From the IMG/VR virus record IMGVR_UViG_3300031998_000053, positions 1 through 64,000 of that record: a stretch of 64,000 nucleotides of DNA. One strand, written 5' to 3'. The translations under genes were made by a program, and so were the position numbers. Positions 29,110 through 39,400 of this stretch are shown here, one piece after another. The notes below the pieces were generated by a model, which saw only the letters and a program-made list of their open reading frames with translations, was not told the DNA's origin and searched no databases. The stretch comes from a virus. Lineage: Duplodnaviria; Caudoviricetes. How positions within the stretch are numbered: position 1 is the first letter of the stretch; each line of letters opens with the position of its first letter.

Positions 29110-30777
29110 TTATCCGAAGTCGAGCATGGAATTTTTCTGCTTCTGCTGATATTCCTCGTGGTACATCTGCCAGATGTCACGGTAATGGTTGATATCATCC
29201 ATCAGCTTGCCACGCATCTGCTTGGTGACATTCTTCTGCTCGTTGATGGCAGCCTGTCGGTTGTCGGCACTGAGCATCTGACGCAGGCAGTGTCCCACAA
29301 TGGTACGAGTGCCCCAGCCACCGAAGCTGAAGTTGCTCTCAGGACAGATAATCGTATCGCCACAATAGGAGTACCAGATGTTATCCTCGATGGTGTAGAA
29401 GTTGACAGCATCCTCACCGATAACCATCAGTACGTCGGGTGCATCCTTATAGATGGCGGCACAGAGGGCAACGCCTTTCCAGGTCTCTAACTTCACAAAC
29501 AGCATGTCATCCAATAGCTGCTGGTCACGCAACAGGTCAATGAGCTGCTCATTGCTGGAGTCAGCACATCCGCGCTCATCGAAATGGAGTTTCAACTGAT
29601 CACCGTTATTGCCACCGTAGAGCCATGTGAGGTAGGCATGGAGAATCTTATCATTCCAGGATGGGAGCATCTGGCGTACCTCTTCCTGGTCTGCTTTGTC
29701 GAATACCAGCTTGGTAAGGTCAAACTCAATGCAGTTGGCCCAATCTCTGAGGTAGGGTTCAGGTGACAGGCGCACACAGTTGCTTTCCAGTCCTAACAGC
29801 TCGTGTGTCTGTGTGCCAAACTCCTTTTGGAACTCATCGAATACCTTGTTGGTGATATTGGCAAAGACAGGACCTAACAGGTCAAAACGAGCCTCGAAAG
29901 TGTCGATGCGCTCTGCCAGTGTCGGCTCTTTCACCTCTGCCAGTTCCACCGTCATGTCACCATCGGCATCCCTCTGCTCCTGGGTCTTCAGGAAGGTGTC
30001 GAGCATCTGCTGGCGACGTTTCAGATCATCCTCGGCCATCATCAAACGGATTTTGTCTGAGGTGGCTCTGTCGGGTTTCTGACCTGGCTTCAGCTCGTTT
30101 AGTTTACTCTGGTAGAATTGTTCCAGTGTGATGGCCTTTACCTGATACTGCTTGGCCAAAGCAGAAAAGTTTTTCAGCGAATTGTTTTGCTGATAAAACT
30201 CCACCACGGCACAAAGGTACTCGTGGAATTTCTTTAATCTCTGTTCGTTCATATATAAATTGTTTTTAGGGGTTATAGTCTCTTGTGCCTGCTCCGTAGG
30301 CAGTGGCTTTGCAGCAGCTTCTTTCTTCTCGGCCTTCTGGCGTTTCTTCCGCTCGGCTTCCTCCTGTAAGGCTTGCTGACGCTCTGCCTCACGTCGTTTC
30401 TGCTCTGCAATCTTCTCTTCACGAAGCTGCTGGGCGCGTTCCTTTTCCTCGGCCTCGCGCTGGCGGTTCTCTTCGTCGATCTTTTCCTGGGCCACTTTCA
30501 GCTGCTCTTTCCATGCCTCCAGTTTTTCCTCGGCGGCCTTTGCTTTGGCATCTGCTTTCTCAGCCCGTTCACTCCATCCAAAGGGAGCACCCACCAAACG
30601 GTTCTCTTTCACCATCCGACGGGCTACGCATGGATTGATGCTGCTGCTCGATGCAGGGATAGTCCTGCCGTCGGGATGCTTCCAGATCTGATGCTTGGTG
30701 GTACGGTCGAGTACAAAGCCATTCTTTTTCAATAGCCGCTCCCAATCTTTTTTGCTGATGTTATGTAAACCTCCCAT
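29110..30777 (-). CDS. Protein with N-terminal HicA-like domain, coiled coil and unknown C-terminal domain
   Basis: WERLLKKNGFVLDRTTKHQIWKHPDGRTIP resembles HicA; E/K/Q-rich helix. Confidence 0.6.
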   Translation of the reverse strand: MGGLHNISKKDWERLLKKNGFVLDRTTKHQIWKHPDGRTIPASSSSINPCVARRMVKENRLVGAPFGWSERAEKADAKAKAAEEKLEAWKEQLKVAQEKIDEENRQREAEEKERAQQLREEKIAEQKRREAERQQALQEEAERKKRQKAEKKEAAAKPLPTEQAQETITPKNNLYMNEQRLKKFHEYLCAVVEFYQQNNSLKNFSALAKQYQVKAITLEQFYQSKLNELKPGQKPDRATSDKIRLMMAEDDLKRRQQMLDTFLKTQEQRDADGDMTVELAEVKEPTLAERIDTFEARFDLLGPVFANITNKVFDEFQKEFGTQTHELLGLESNCVRLSPEPYLRDWANCIEFDLTKLVFDKADQEEVRQMLPSWNDKILHAYLTWLYGGNNGDQLKLHFDERGCADSSNEQLIDLLRDQQLLDDMLFVKLETWKGVALCAAIYKDAPDVLMVIGEDAVNFYTIEDNIWYSYCGDTIICPESNFSFGGWGTRTIVGHCLRQMLSADNRQAAINEQKNVTKQMRGKLMDDINHYRDIWQMYHEEYQQKQKNSMLDFG

Positions 30778-30779
30778 AA

Positions 30780-30923
30780 TTATTCTGCATGAATAAAACA
30801 GTCTCTCGTTTCTTCGTCGCAATGCTCAATAGTCTGGATGTCTCTGCTGGGGCAGAAGGCACCGTATTGGTCGAATCGCTCACAGATACTTGCTAAACCG
30901 CAGTTTACACCGTGACATTTCAT
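30780..30923 (-). CDS. Small Cys-rich protein (47 aa)
   Basis: Manual translation MKCHGVNCGLASICERF... Confidence 0.5.
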   Translation of the reverse strand: MKCHGVNCGLASICERFDQYGAFCPSRDIQTIEHCDEETRDCFIHAE

Positions 30924-30940
30924 AGTTATTTGTTGTTTGC

Positions 30941-31948
30941 TCATAGGTTAATAGTAATAGTTACAATGCCTTCTTTCACTTTGATTTCGCCCGTCCATCC
31001 CCTGCGCTGCAATTCCAGTGCAAGCTCTTTGTCGGTAAAACCGTCAAGTGTAATCTTTTGTTCCAGGGTAGGTGATGTTTTGCCCTGGGTGCTTGTGATA
31101 TGGCCTCTATCCATCAGCAAAGGTAACTCCTGCTCTGCTGGTGTGGCCTCTGGTCCCTTTTCGGCCTCCGTTTTTGAAGTGTCAGCTTTGGGTTTCTTTA
31201 CTTTCTCCGCTTTTTTCTTGGGTTTCTCCTTTTTCCTTGCTGGCAATGGCCTTGCTGTCGCATTTGCTTTCGCCCCGCGCCCCCGCATATCATCCGCAGG
31301 ATTAAAGGAGTCGATGTCTTGCTCATCGCACCAATAGAAGCCACCGGCGGGACGGCCTTTCAGAATGGCACGGTCAATGTTCCAAATCCCAAGCTCTTTC
31401 TCAGCAGCACCTTTCTTGGGCCAAATCTTAATCACCTCCAGTGTGCTCATGTCGATCTGAGCAACTGGTCTCGGCGCACGGTTCCGGCTGCGCCCCAGCC
31501 TGTCAACATCCTGTTTCATATCGTTATTGATTTTTGGAAATTTTTGGTCTGTTTTTGGCAATTCTTGTGTCGTTTCTGGAAATTTTTGTTCCAAAATAGG
31601 CTCTTTCCGTTCCAATTTTAACAATTTTCGTTCTGAAAAGTTCCTTTTTTGTTCCGTATGCTGTGATATCGTCACAGCCTTATCTCTTGTCAGGTCGCTA
31701 TACTCAAAACATGGCTTCACGCCTGCAAACTTCAACACATGCACAACCACACTGGCACCTTTTACCTTATCGCTGAATCCAAGCACAGCCTTGCTGATGG
31801 CCTCCCTCAGTATATCCTTGGTCAGCTTCTCGCATGGCTTATCGTAGAGCGTCTTGAAAAGGCGATCGAATATCCAGCGCGTCTTAGCGGCAAAAGCCTT
31901 GATGTCTTCCTGCTGGCTCCAGCTTGTATGTGCTTCCTTCAGTGTCAT
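30941..31948 (-). CDS. Protein with NUMOD1-like DNA-binding segment
   Basis: RPVAQID...IKIWP...AEKELGI.NIDRAI...AGGFYW. Confidence 0.6.
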   Translation of the reverse strand: MTLKEAHTSWSQQEDIKAFAAKTRWIFDRLFKTLYDKPCEKLTKDILREAISKAVLGFSDKVKGASVVVHVLKFAGVKPCFEYSDLTRDKAVTISQHTEQKRNFSERKLLKLERKEPILEQKFPETTQELPKTDQKFPKINNDMKQDVDRLGRSRNRAPRPVAQIDMSTLEVIKIWPKKGAAEKELGIWNIDRAILKGRPAGGFYWCDEQDIDSFNPADDMRGRGAKANATARPLPARKKEKPKKKAEKVKKPKADTSKTEAEKGPEATPAEQELPLLMDRGHITSTQGKTSPTLEQKITLDGFTDKELALELQRRGWTGEIKVKEGIVTITINL

Positions 31949-32382
31949 GCCTGATTTCTCCTATATCCTAATGCCCGCATCAATGCCTGTGTCTCTTTGA
32001 TGCCAGGAATGTGGGCGTACTCGGTGCTAACGTCTAAAATCTCCACCTGTCGCAGACTGTAACGGGTGGTGCAGTATTCCGTGCGCCACATGCCGGCCAC
32101 ATCGTCGGCATTTGTTGGCAGTCCATCGGGTAAGTCTTTCTCTGGATCACGATACCAGGCCCGTGTCTTCCTGAAGGCTCCATCCTGCACTTCCATCTTT
32201 ACGCAAACATCCGTGTCGATGTTGCCACTGAGCCAGTGGATAGCCTGTGCCGGTTCGTCAGGTGTAAAGCAGAAGCCACGGCTCTCTGTGCGAAAGCCTT
32301 TATGTTTGCTCTCGTTGATGAGCGTCTGCCCTGCTTCCAGTCGCCGTAGTTCCTCGCGGCTCATAAATCGGTAAAGTATCAT
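31945..32382 (-). CDS. Hypothetical phage protein (LYRFMS...GFCF...EYC)
   Basis: First gene of the leftward operon. Confidence 0.7.
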   Translation of the reverse strand: MILYRFMSREELRRLEAGQTLINESKHKGFRTESRGFCFTPDEPAQAIHWLSGNIDTDVCVKMEVQDGAFRKTRAWYRDPEKDLPDGLPTNADDVAGMWRTEYCTTRYSLRQVEILDVSTEYAHIPGIKETQALMRALGYRRNQA

Positions 32383-32429
32383 TTCGTGTTCAGCAGATTA
32401 AAACCTTCTTATACTACAAATCTCGCTTG

Positions 32430-32551
32430 CAAAGATACGAATAAAACCCCGATTTGACAAATTAAAACAGAGTTAATTTAGTAAAAAGAAACAATTTTTG
32501 CATTTTTACCAAGATTTTTAATCAGATTTCCCCTAAAAATCATTATCTTTG
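32430..32551. promoter_or_regulatory. Divergent Bacteroidetes promoters
   Basis: Minus: TATCTTTG 32430-32437 with TTTG 32458-32461; plus: TATCTTTG 32544-32551. Confidence 0.7.
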
Positions 32552-32585
32552 CAACCGAAATCCGATTTTTAATCTGTTCCCGAAA

Positions 32586-33398
32586 ATGGCAAAGCAATAT
32601 TATTACTACAAATGTGATGAGTATAGCAAGGTAGGCCGTGCCCTTGGTAAGTTCTGGCGCAAGGTCGTTCAGGCTGCCTATCGTGCCGATGCCTATGCTA
32701 AGAAGTATGGTGCCTGTAACTATGAGCAGCCCGTCCAGTTCTTTGAGGGCGGTGTTGACTATCTGATTTTTGAGACTACCCCTGATGAGCGTGTTTGGCG
32801 TAAGAAACTGGTGGCAAAGGATGGTACGGCCCTCTATGAGCCTAACTGTATGTACCGTGCAGACATCCTGGTGATTCCTGATGACCGTTTCCATCCGTCG
32901 AATACCTGGAATAAGATCTACTCAAAGAAGCACCTGACATGGGAACAGGCGAAACCTCAGAAGACGTTAGACCAGTGGGCGGCCATTGCTAAGATGAAGC
33001 GTACCGATGACCGCGAGAAGGATGCAAAGGCTCTCGATGAGCGCATGTCCCGTTACTCCTTTGTGTCGTATCTGGAGTTTTATGGTGATGAGTCAGTTCC
33101 TCGCAACATGAGCAAGGCCGACTGTCCGGCATGGCTTCGTCGTGCCATCCGTGCCGAACAGGACCGCCAGGCTTTGCCGGTGGTAGAAGTCTATCCGCTC
33201 TTTGCTTTGCTGGATATGAAGCCAGAGGGTGAGGGTGTAGTAAACATGTCGGTAACGCCTAATTTCTTCCTGTATGGTGACAGTTATTACATTTGTGCTG
33301 AATACCCCTGCTTTGCAGAGGGCTTGCATACCATTATGGAGGGGTTATATACCTATAAGCAGAATATGGCTTTTCGTCAGGAAAAAGCAGAGTCTTAA
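32586..33398 (+). CDS. Hypothetical protein
   Basis: 270 aa ORF. Confidence 0.75.
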   Translation: MAKQYYYYKCDEYSKVGRALGKFWRKVVQAAYRADAYAKKYGACNYEQPVQFFEGGVDYLIFETTPDERVWRKKLVAKDGTALYEPNCMYRADILVIPDDRFHPSNTWNKIYSKKHLTWEQAKPQKTLDQWAAIAKMKRTDDREKDAKALDERMSRYSFVSYLEFYGDESVPRNMSKADCPAWLRRAIRAEQDRQALPVVEVYPLFALLDMKPEGEGVVNMSVTPNFFLYGDSYYICAEYPCFAEGLHTIMEGLYTYKQNMAFRQEKAES

Positions 33399-33420
33399 CC
33401 TCTATATATAATAATAATGT

Positions 33421-33747
33421 ATGGGTAAGAAGAAAAAGGACGTTTACGAGGAAGCAGAGCGCGAGGGCACTACCATTGAGGATTATATCATTCCCCAGAA
33501 AGTGCAGGCGTTCATAGATGCCTACGAGCCGGTAGAGCAACAGAAGTTTGCTACGACCATCTTTGATGAAACCAAGCTCCGTGCTTTCTTCAAGGCGTAC
33601 ATTACGACGCTGGGCGATCCGCTTGTGGTCTATCTGACCCGTCTTGAAAATGCAGGCTTTAAGATGCAGGTATCTACTCAGAATGAGCCTGCTATCTTTG
33701 TTACAGAGAAAGCCGTCGGTGGCTTCTCAATGCTGGAAGCGTTATAA
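33421..33747 (+). CDS. Hypothetical protein
   Basis: 108 aa ORF. Confidence 0.7.
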   Translation: MGKKKKDVYEEAEREGTTIEDYIIPQKVQAFIDAYEPVEQQKFATTIFDETKLRAFFKAYITTLGDPLVVYLTRLENAGFKMQVSTQNEPAIFVTEKAVGGFSMLEAL

Positions 33748-33862
33748 CTGATGAATTGTTTTTCATACGAGATTTGTTTTAGTAGATTAGTTATTAAGTA
33801 GTTTGTTTGGTACAGCGGTATCTCAAAGATTTAAGGTAATTCATAGTATTAGATTTAAGGTT

Positions 33863-33902
33863 GGCCACCCGTCCCGTCGTGATGACGTGACAGGTGGTTT
33901 TT
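33863..33902 (+). terminator. Hairpin plus T-tract between convergent genes
   Basis: GCCACC.GTC.CGTC-GTGA-TGACG.GAC.GGTGGT-TTTT. Confidence 0.55.
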
Positions 33903-33904
33903 GG

Positions 33905-34663
33905 TTACTTATGGTCAGGTTCGTCGGCTGCTATCCACATGGCCCCTTTTTGCTCGCGTCCCTGCTGGTAGAACTTTGACAGCTCCGCATTCTGCCGCTC
34001 GATGATATCCATCAGCCGATTGCGCTCTGCATCGAAGCTGGCCTGGCAGTCACGCCTTATCCTGTCCTCGCGCTCATGGTGCTCACGCTCCGTAGTCCGC
34101 ATTTCGTTGGCGTGTTCCAACTGCATCCGAAGGATGGTCTCTACCAAGTTCTGCTGTCCTGCCGTGGTGCCTGCTGCTTTCTCGCTGGTCTCTTCCGCTT
34201 CTGGCAGTAGCCTGCCCGCGTCTGTCCGTTGCTCCAGCTGCATTAGTGCTTCGTCGCGCCGGTGCTGTTGCTCACTCTGCCTGGCCAGTCCCTCGGCAAC
34301 GACGGTGGCCTGTGCCTGTGAACTGATCTGTCGCTCAGTAATCCGTGTTTCTACGATGCCCCTGCCGCGTCCCTCCTTGATGCCGTAGCCGTCAACGGGT
34401 AGCGTCTGACTGTTGCTGTCGGGTAGGGTAGGGCGTATCTCTGCCGGCATACCGTCACCGTCAAAGAAGAATCCGTCTAACGGAATGTTGTAGTAGTTGC
34501 AGAAACGCAACATTGCAGTCACATGGACGGGAACCTTCCCATCCAGCCATTTGTTTAGTGATACATAGTCACCACACCCCAGGGCTTCCAGCAAGTCCTT
34601 TTTGGCGAGTTTGTGGCTATCCATGAATTGCTGGAGATAGCCGTAGTTGTACGAGTAATCCAT
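33905..34663 (-). CDS. HTH transcriptional regulator (repressor-like) with C-terminal coiled coil
   Basis: KKDLLEALG..DYVSLNKWLDG...MLRFCNYYNIPLDGFF, XRE-like; divergent from the replication operon. Confidence 0.65.
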   Translation of the reverse strand: MDYSYNYGYLQQFMDSHKLAKKDLLEALGCGDYVSLNKWLDGKVPVHVTAMLRFCNYYNIPLDGFFFDGDGMPAEIRPTLPDSNSQTLPVDGYGIKEGRGRGIVETRITERQISSQAQATVVAEGLARQSEQQHRRDEALMQLEQRTDAGRLLPEAEETSEKAAGTTAGQQNLVETILRMQLEHANEMRTTEREHHEREDRIRRDCQASFDAERNRLMDIIERQNAELSKFYQQGREQKGAMWIAADEPDHK

Positions 34664-34817
34664 ACTGTTTGCAATTATAATTATTTAACACTAAAATGAT
34701 GCTCAACTGCGATTAAAGCCTTTATATTAAAACCTTTCCGAACTTATTAAAAACATACCCCTAAAACATTAAAACTTGGTTAAAATGTTAAATCTCGAAA
34801 GAAAAACCGATTAAAAC

Positions 34818-34849
34818 CTTGTTTTTACAAAAATAATTCCTTACCTTTG
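34818..34849 (+). promoter_or_regulatory. Promoter of the replication operon (CTTG-N20-TACCTTTG)
   Basis: Consensus match in the divergent intergenic region. Confidence 0.65.
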
Positions 34850-34882
34850 CGCAAAAATACAAAAAATCATCCGAATATCAAC

Positions 34883-35371
34883 ATGATTATCGAGAAATTA
34901 ACACAACCAGGAGCGCATTTGAACTGCGACGATTTGACTCCTAATCAGAAGAAACTCCTTTGGGAGATAATGAAACGGCATGGTGCATCACAGGGGTTCG
35001 CCTACGACCGCTTCTTTAAGGAGGGCTTTGCTCTTTGGGAACTGAAGGGTATCGACACTATAAAACGTCAGTTCCTTTCTGACCGCTTTTCCGAACTCTT
35101 CCCAGACCAGACCACCATGCCTGAAGCATTGGCTTCGGGTGCCATTCTCGATACCGTAGTGGCCACGAATGGTGAGTTTTATCGTACCCTCGGACGTACC
35201 TTTGGTATGAAAAAGGTGTTTACCGATCTCATGGGTACGCTGGGCATGGGTAGTAACTCGGTCCTCAATAAGTTTTCCACTGACGATTGGAAAGACTATG
35301 AGCGTATCGGTGTGCAGGCTGTGATGCAGGAATTTGAAACGGAAGTAGCGACACTGGATAATGGCGACTAA
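34883..35371 (+). CDS. Hypothetical protein (possible regulator)
   Basis: First gene of the rightward operon. Confidence 0.7.
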   Translation: MIIEKLTQPGAHLNCDDLTPNQKKLLWEIMKRHGASQGFAYDRFFKEGFALWELKGIDTIKRQFLSDRFSELFPDQTTMPEALASGAILDTVVATNGEFYRTLGRTFGMKKVFTDLMGTLGMGSNSVLNKFSTDDWKDYERIGVQAVMQEFETEVATLDNGD

Positions 35372-35766
35372 TGCAGCAGCGACGCTTCGAGAAACGGAAA
35401 CGTGGACGGCCATTGAAAGACCGTCGAAAGCACCTTCAGATAGCAGCGACTATTGACTATCGGGGTGCTAATGACGATGTGCTGACCTTTGTTTTTCGTG
35501 GTGCCGGCCAGCAGCTGATTACTAAAGTTTTCCAATATCTCGTAGGCCATTCTCACGGCATTGCCCGTGAAGCTGTCGTTACTGAGGAACATGACATTAT
35601 CCGTCGCAATGGAAAAGGCTACTGGCGCATAGCAGCAGAGATTCACGGTCCTAACTATCACTTTGCATCGTTAGACGATATGCAGCTGCTCATTGAAGCC
35701 ACCCTGCACCGCCTCCATCCCTGCACCGTCCACTGGATGCCCATCGAGAAATTCTTGAATGTTTAG
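35371..35766 (+). CDS. Hypothetical protein with AT-hook-like KRKRGRP
   Basis: 131 aa ORF. Confidence 0.65.
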   Translation: MQQRRFEKRKRGRPLKDRRKHLQIAATIDYRGANDDVLTFVFRGAGQQLITKVFQYLVGHSHGIAREAVVTEEHDIIRRNGKGYWRIAAEIHGPNYHFASLDDMQLLIEATLHRLHPCTVHWMPIEKFLNV

Positions 35767-35804
35767 CATGTGGCTATGGCATAGCCACTAAAAGAAAAGA
35801 AGAT

Positions 35805-36443
35805 ATGAAGATAATTGATGTTACTATCGACCTTGAAACTTGCTCACTCGCTGCGAATGCTGCCGTGATGCAGGTGTCTGCCGTGGCGTGGAATAGACAT
35901 GCCACCGATGCCGACGAACTGTTTGTAAAGAATATCCCCGCCTTTGATGCTCGTGTCGATCTGCGCTCGTGCGTCATGGATGGTTTCGACTTCGACCGCG
36001 AGACGATCAAGTGGTGGAGCAATAAGCCCCAGGAACTCAAAGATGAGATTACCAATGGCGACTGCTACCCCATCAAAGAGGTGTTTGAACAGTTTGCCCA
36101 ATGGATGACTGAGGCCAAGGAATACAGCCAGGCTGATGTAGTATGCCTCTGGGCACAGGGTGCCGACTTCGACATTGCCATCCTGCGCCATGTGCTCAAT
36201 AAGTATGGTATCAAGTTGCCTATCGGCTACCGTGACTTCCGCGATGCCCGTACCTTTATTGCAGAGGTGGGTAGTCGCATGTTACTGGAGGATCATGTCG
36301 ATGGCATTGCCGACCATGGTAAGGTATATGCAATGTTACCCGATTTTCCAGAAAAGGCAGATGTGCATAATGCGCTCTTCGATGCCAAACGCACCACATG
36401 GTCACTTTGGCATGTAATCTCTTCTATCCCCGACCGTCAATGA
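35805..36443 (+). CDS. DEDDh 3'-5' exonuclease (Rv2179c-like)
   Basis: IDLET, WAQGADFD, RDART, HNALFDA. Confidence 0.85.
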   Translation: MKIIDVTIDLETCSLAANAAVMQVSAVAWNRHATDADELFVKNIPAFDARVDLRSCVMDGFDFDRETIKWWSNKPQELKDEITNGDCYPIKEVFEQFAQWMTEAKEYSQADVVCLWAQGADFDIAILRHVLNKYGIKLPIGYRDFRDARTFIAEVGSRMLLEDHVDGIADHGKVYAMLPDFPEKADVHNALFDAKRTTWSLWHVISSIPDRQ

Positions 36444-36450
36444 TGCGCGT

Positions 36451-39400
36451 ATGATTTACGACCCATTGATAGATGAATTGGCTGCGCTGCCGCTAAACCT
36501 TCTCGTGACTCCTGCCGACCAGCAGACAGAGGAAGGCCAGACGGCGTGTTGGTGCCCGTTCTGTAAGGGTAATGCCGGCTCTACTCCACACTTCATTATC
36601 TACAACCGTAAGCGTGGTGGACTGTACGGCAAACCCGTAGAACACTGGTTCTGCACCAAGACAAAGCGAGGTGGCTATGGTGCCATCGAACTCTATGCCG
36701 CCATGAAGGGGCTGGGGTATTGGTGGCGCAAGGATAGTCACTCAGCACAGACATTCATCTGTGTGGGTGAAGATCTGCGTCAGGCTTGTTTGCAGCTGGC
36801 TATGCTGGCCGGCCATACCAAGGAAGAGGTTGGCGAGAAATGGCCACAACTGCTGAAACGTGACTACCGAGAGACGGCTATCCGTCCCCAGGAGCGTGTT
36901 ACCTTTGAACCGAAGACAGGCTTCACACCGCAGGACCTTGCAGCACTCGGCTGTACTACCTGGCTTGACTACGATGGTGTGGAGCATTACGGTTTTGAGA
37001 CGGGTAATAAGGATGCTGGTTGGCATTTCGACCCTGCCGACATCCAGCGAGACTTTAAGATCTCAGCTGTCGGTAAGGTGACTCTGCCTGCCGTCAGTCG
37101 TAAGGGTGAGCCGGTATCAGAGGTATTGGTGAGCACTCCCTGGAACCCTATCTTTGTGGCTCTCGTGGATGATGAGACTGAGGATAGCGGCTCTATTTTC
37201 TTCCCTGCCCTGGGCATACCGCCTATGGTGTTCTGCAATACCGATGAGCACACATCGGCCAAGGTGAGCCGATGGCTGGCAGGCGATAAGGTGTTTGTCC
37301 GTGCATTGGAGCTGAAGACCTCAGAGAATACGGGCGTCCGTAAGGCTATTCAGGAACTCGACCCAGAAGAGCGTGTCACTGAGGTAAAACAGGAGTGGCA
37401 GGAGTCTTCAGATAAGAATGGTAACGTAAAGATGGAGCTGGTGGATGTGCCGCTTCGTGATAAAGACATCAAGGCAAAGGCTATTATCTATTGTCCGTCG
37501 GCTCCTGATGCCGTGGCTACCTATTACCACATGAAGGCTTTGCGCCATACCTACCCCAAGCAGTTTGGCTCTCGTTGGTATCATGTGTGTTTCCCCTATG
37601 GTGCCGTGCCGTTCTCTCCCGTGCATTATAATAAGATGCACCGTTTTGCGGATAATATCTACACCCTTTTCCCGTCGGCTACCAAGCAGACATTGAAAGC
37701 GCGTGACATCAGCTGCCGCTATCGTGACGTGCTTCGTGCCGAACTGCCTGAGACCATCGGCGACCGTGCGCACCTCTATTTCCCGCGTCTCTATTGCCAT
37801 CCTGTGCAGACGGTCAGTGAGTTTTTCCTGGCCTATCAGATGCTACCCCGTGAGGCATACCAGAATGACGAAGACATCAACCGCCTCTTTTCATCATGTA
37901 TTACGTCGGCTCTCAGTAGCGACCCCTTCGAGCGCAAAGAGAAAAGGGATAAGAATGGCATGGTGAAAGAGGTGTATTATACTATCAATCCTGCTACCCT
38001 TTGGGAGTTTATGGCCAGTGCTGGCTATGCCCGTGATGTGCGACCAGATGAGCCGGATAAGATAGGCCGCTATGTGCATATCGACGGCCCATTTGCCGAC
38101 GAATTGGAACCGTCATCAATGGTGCAGGCCACCATTGAGCAACTGAAGGCGTATGCCCGACAACTCAATGACTCACGCCCTGGTATGCCTGATGAGTACG
38201 AGCTGATGGTGCAGGCCGTGCTTCGTGCCAATAAGGAGATCAACGAGAAGACCATTGCCTCGCTGCCCAGCGTGAAACTCAACTATGCCGATGGCTATGG
38301 CCGTCATGTTGAGCATTTTTTCTATGACAATGGGGCCTTGCGCATTACGGAGAATGAGATTTCTATGCAGCCCTACGACCGCATCGACTTCAATGTTGAA
38401 CGTGCTGAACTGCTGCATTGGAACATGACACCGATTAAGAACCTGCCTTTTGAGATCTCCGAGAATCCTGAGTATCGCACCCGTCTGGAGGCCATCAAGA
38501 ATAAGCGTGAGCAGAAAGATGACAACGGTAAACCGCTCTATACTTTACAGCAGCTGGCACAGGATGACAACGACCTGGCACTTTGGGCACAGAGCCACCG
38601 ATGGATAGTGGATTGGAAGGGCAAGAATGAAAATGAAATGTGGCCTGCTCTGCGTGTCATTCGTGGCTTCGCTAATGAGGAATGGGAACAGGAGCAACGA
38701 CTGTTGCACGATGGTAAGCAATTTTCAGTAGAGGAACAGATGGAACTCGACTGTCGCTTTGCCAACCTGATATTCTGTCTTGGGCGTATGCTATGGCGTT
38801 ACCGTGATAGTAAGAGTAATTGCATCAGTTATCTTATCGAAAACGTGGTATCGGCTGCTAACCGTGCTGAAGGTGGCTCTGGTAAGTCAACATTTGTGCG
38901 CGTGTTTGCTGGCTGTGCGGCCCACATCCTGAACATCAATGGTCGTGACCTGGTGAGCAATAAGGAGTTTTCGGCTAACCTCGCAGAATATCAGCACCAC
39001 AAGCACCGTGTAGTGCATTGGGAGGATGTGGATGCCAGTCTTGACTTCGGAAAGCTCTACAACCTGACAACAGGCGATTTCTCCGTGCGTTATATGTATA
39101 AGGATAGAATTACCATCCCATTGTCTGAAGGTCCTGGCCATGTGGTGACTTCCAACTATCCCTTGCACGATCTTGATGACTCTACCATGCGCCGTGTGTG
39201 CTTGGGTGGTTTCTCACACCGTTTCTGTGGCCAGAACATTATGAAGAATAAGGCAGCGCGTTATATCTCTGACATTATGCCGGACTTTAACGCAGTGTCG
39301 CCTGAAAAACTCTCTGCATCGTCACGCAACCAGATAGCCATGATCTGTGCGCTGGCGGTGCAGTTTGTTATGCGCTATGATGAAAAGGTGGATGCACAGA

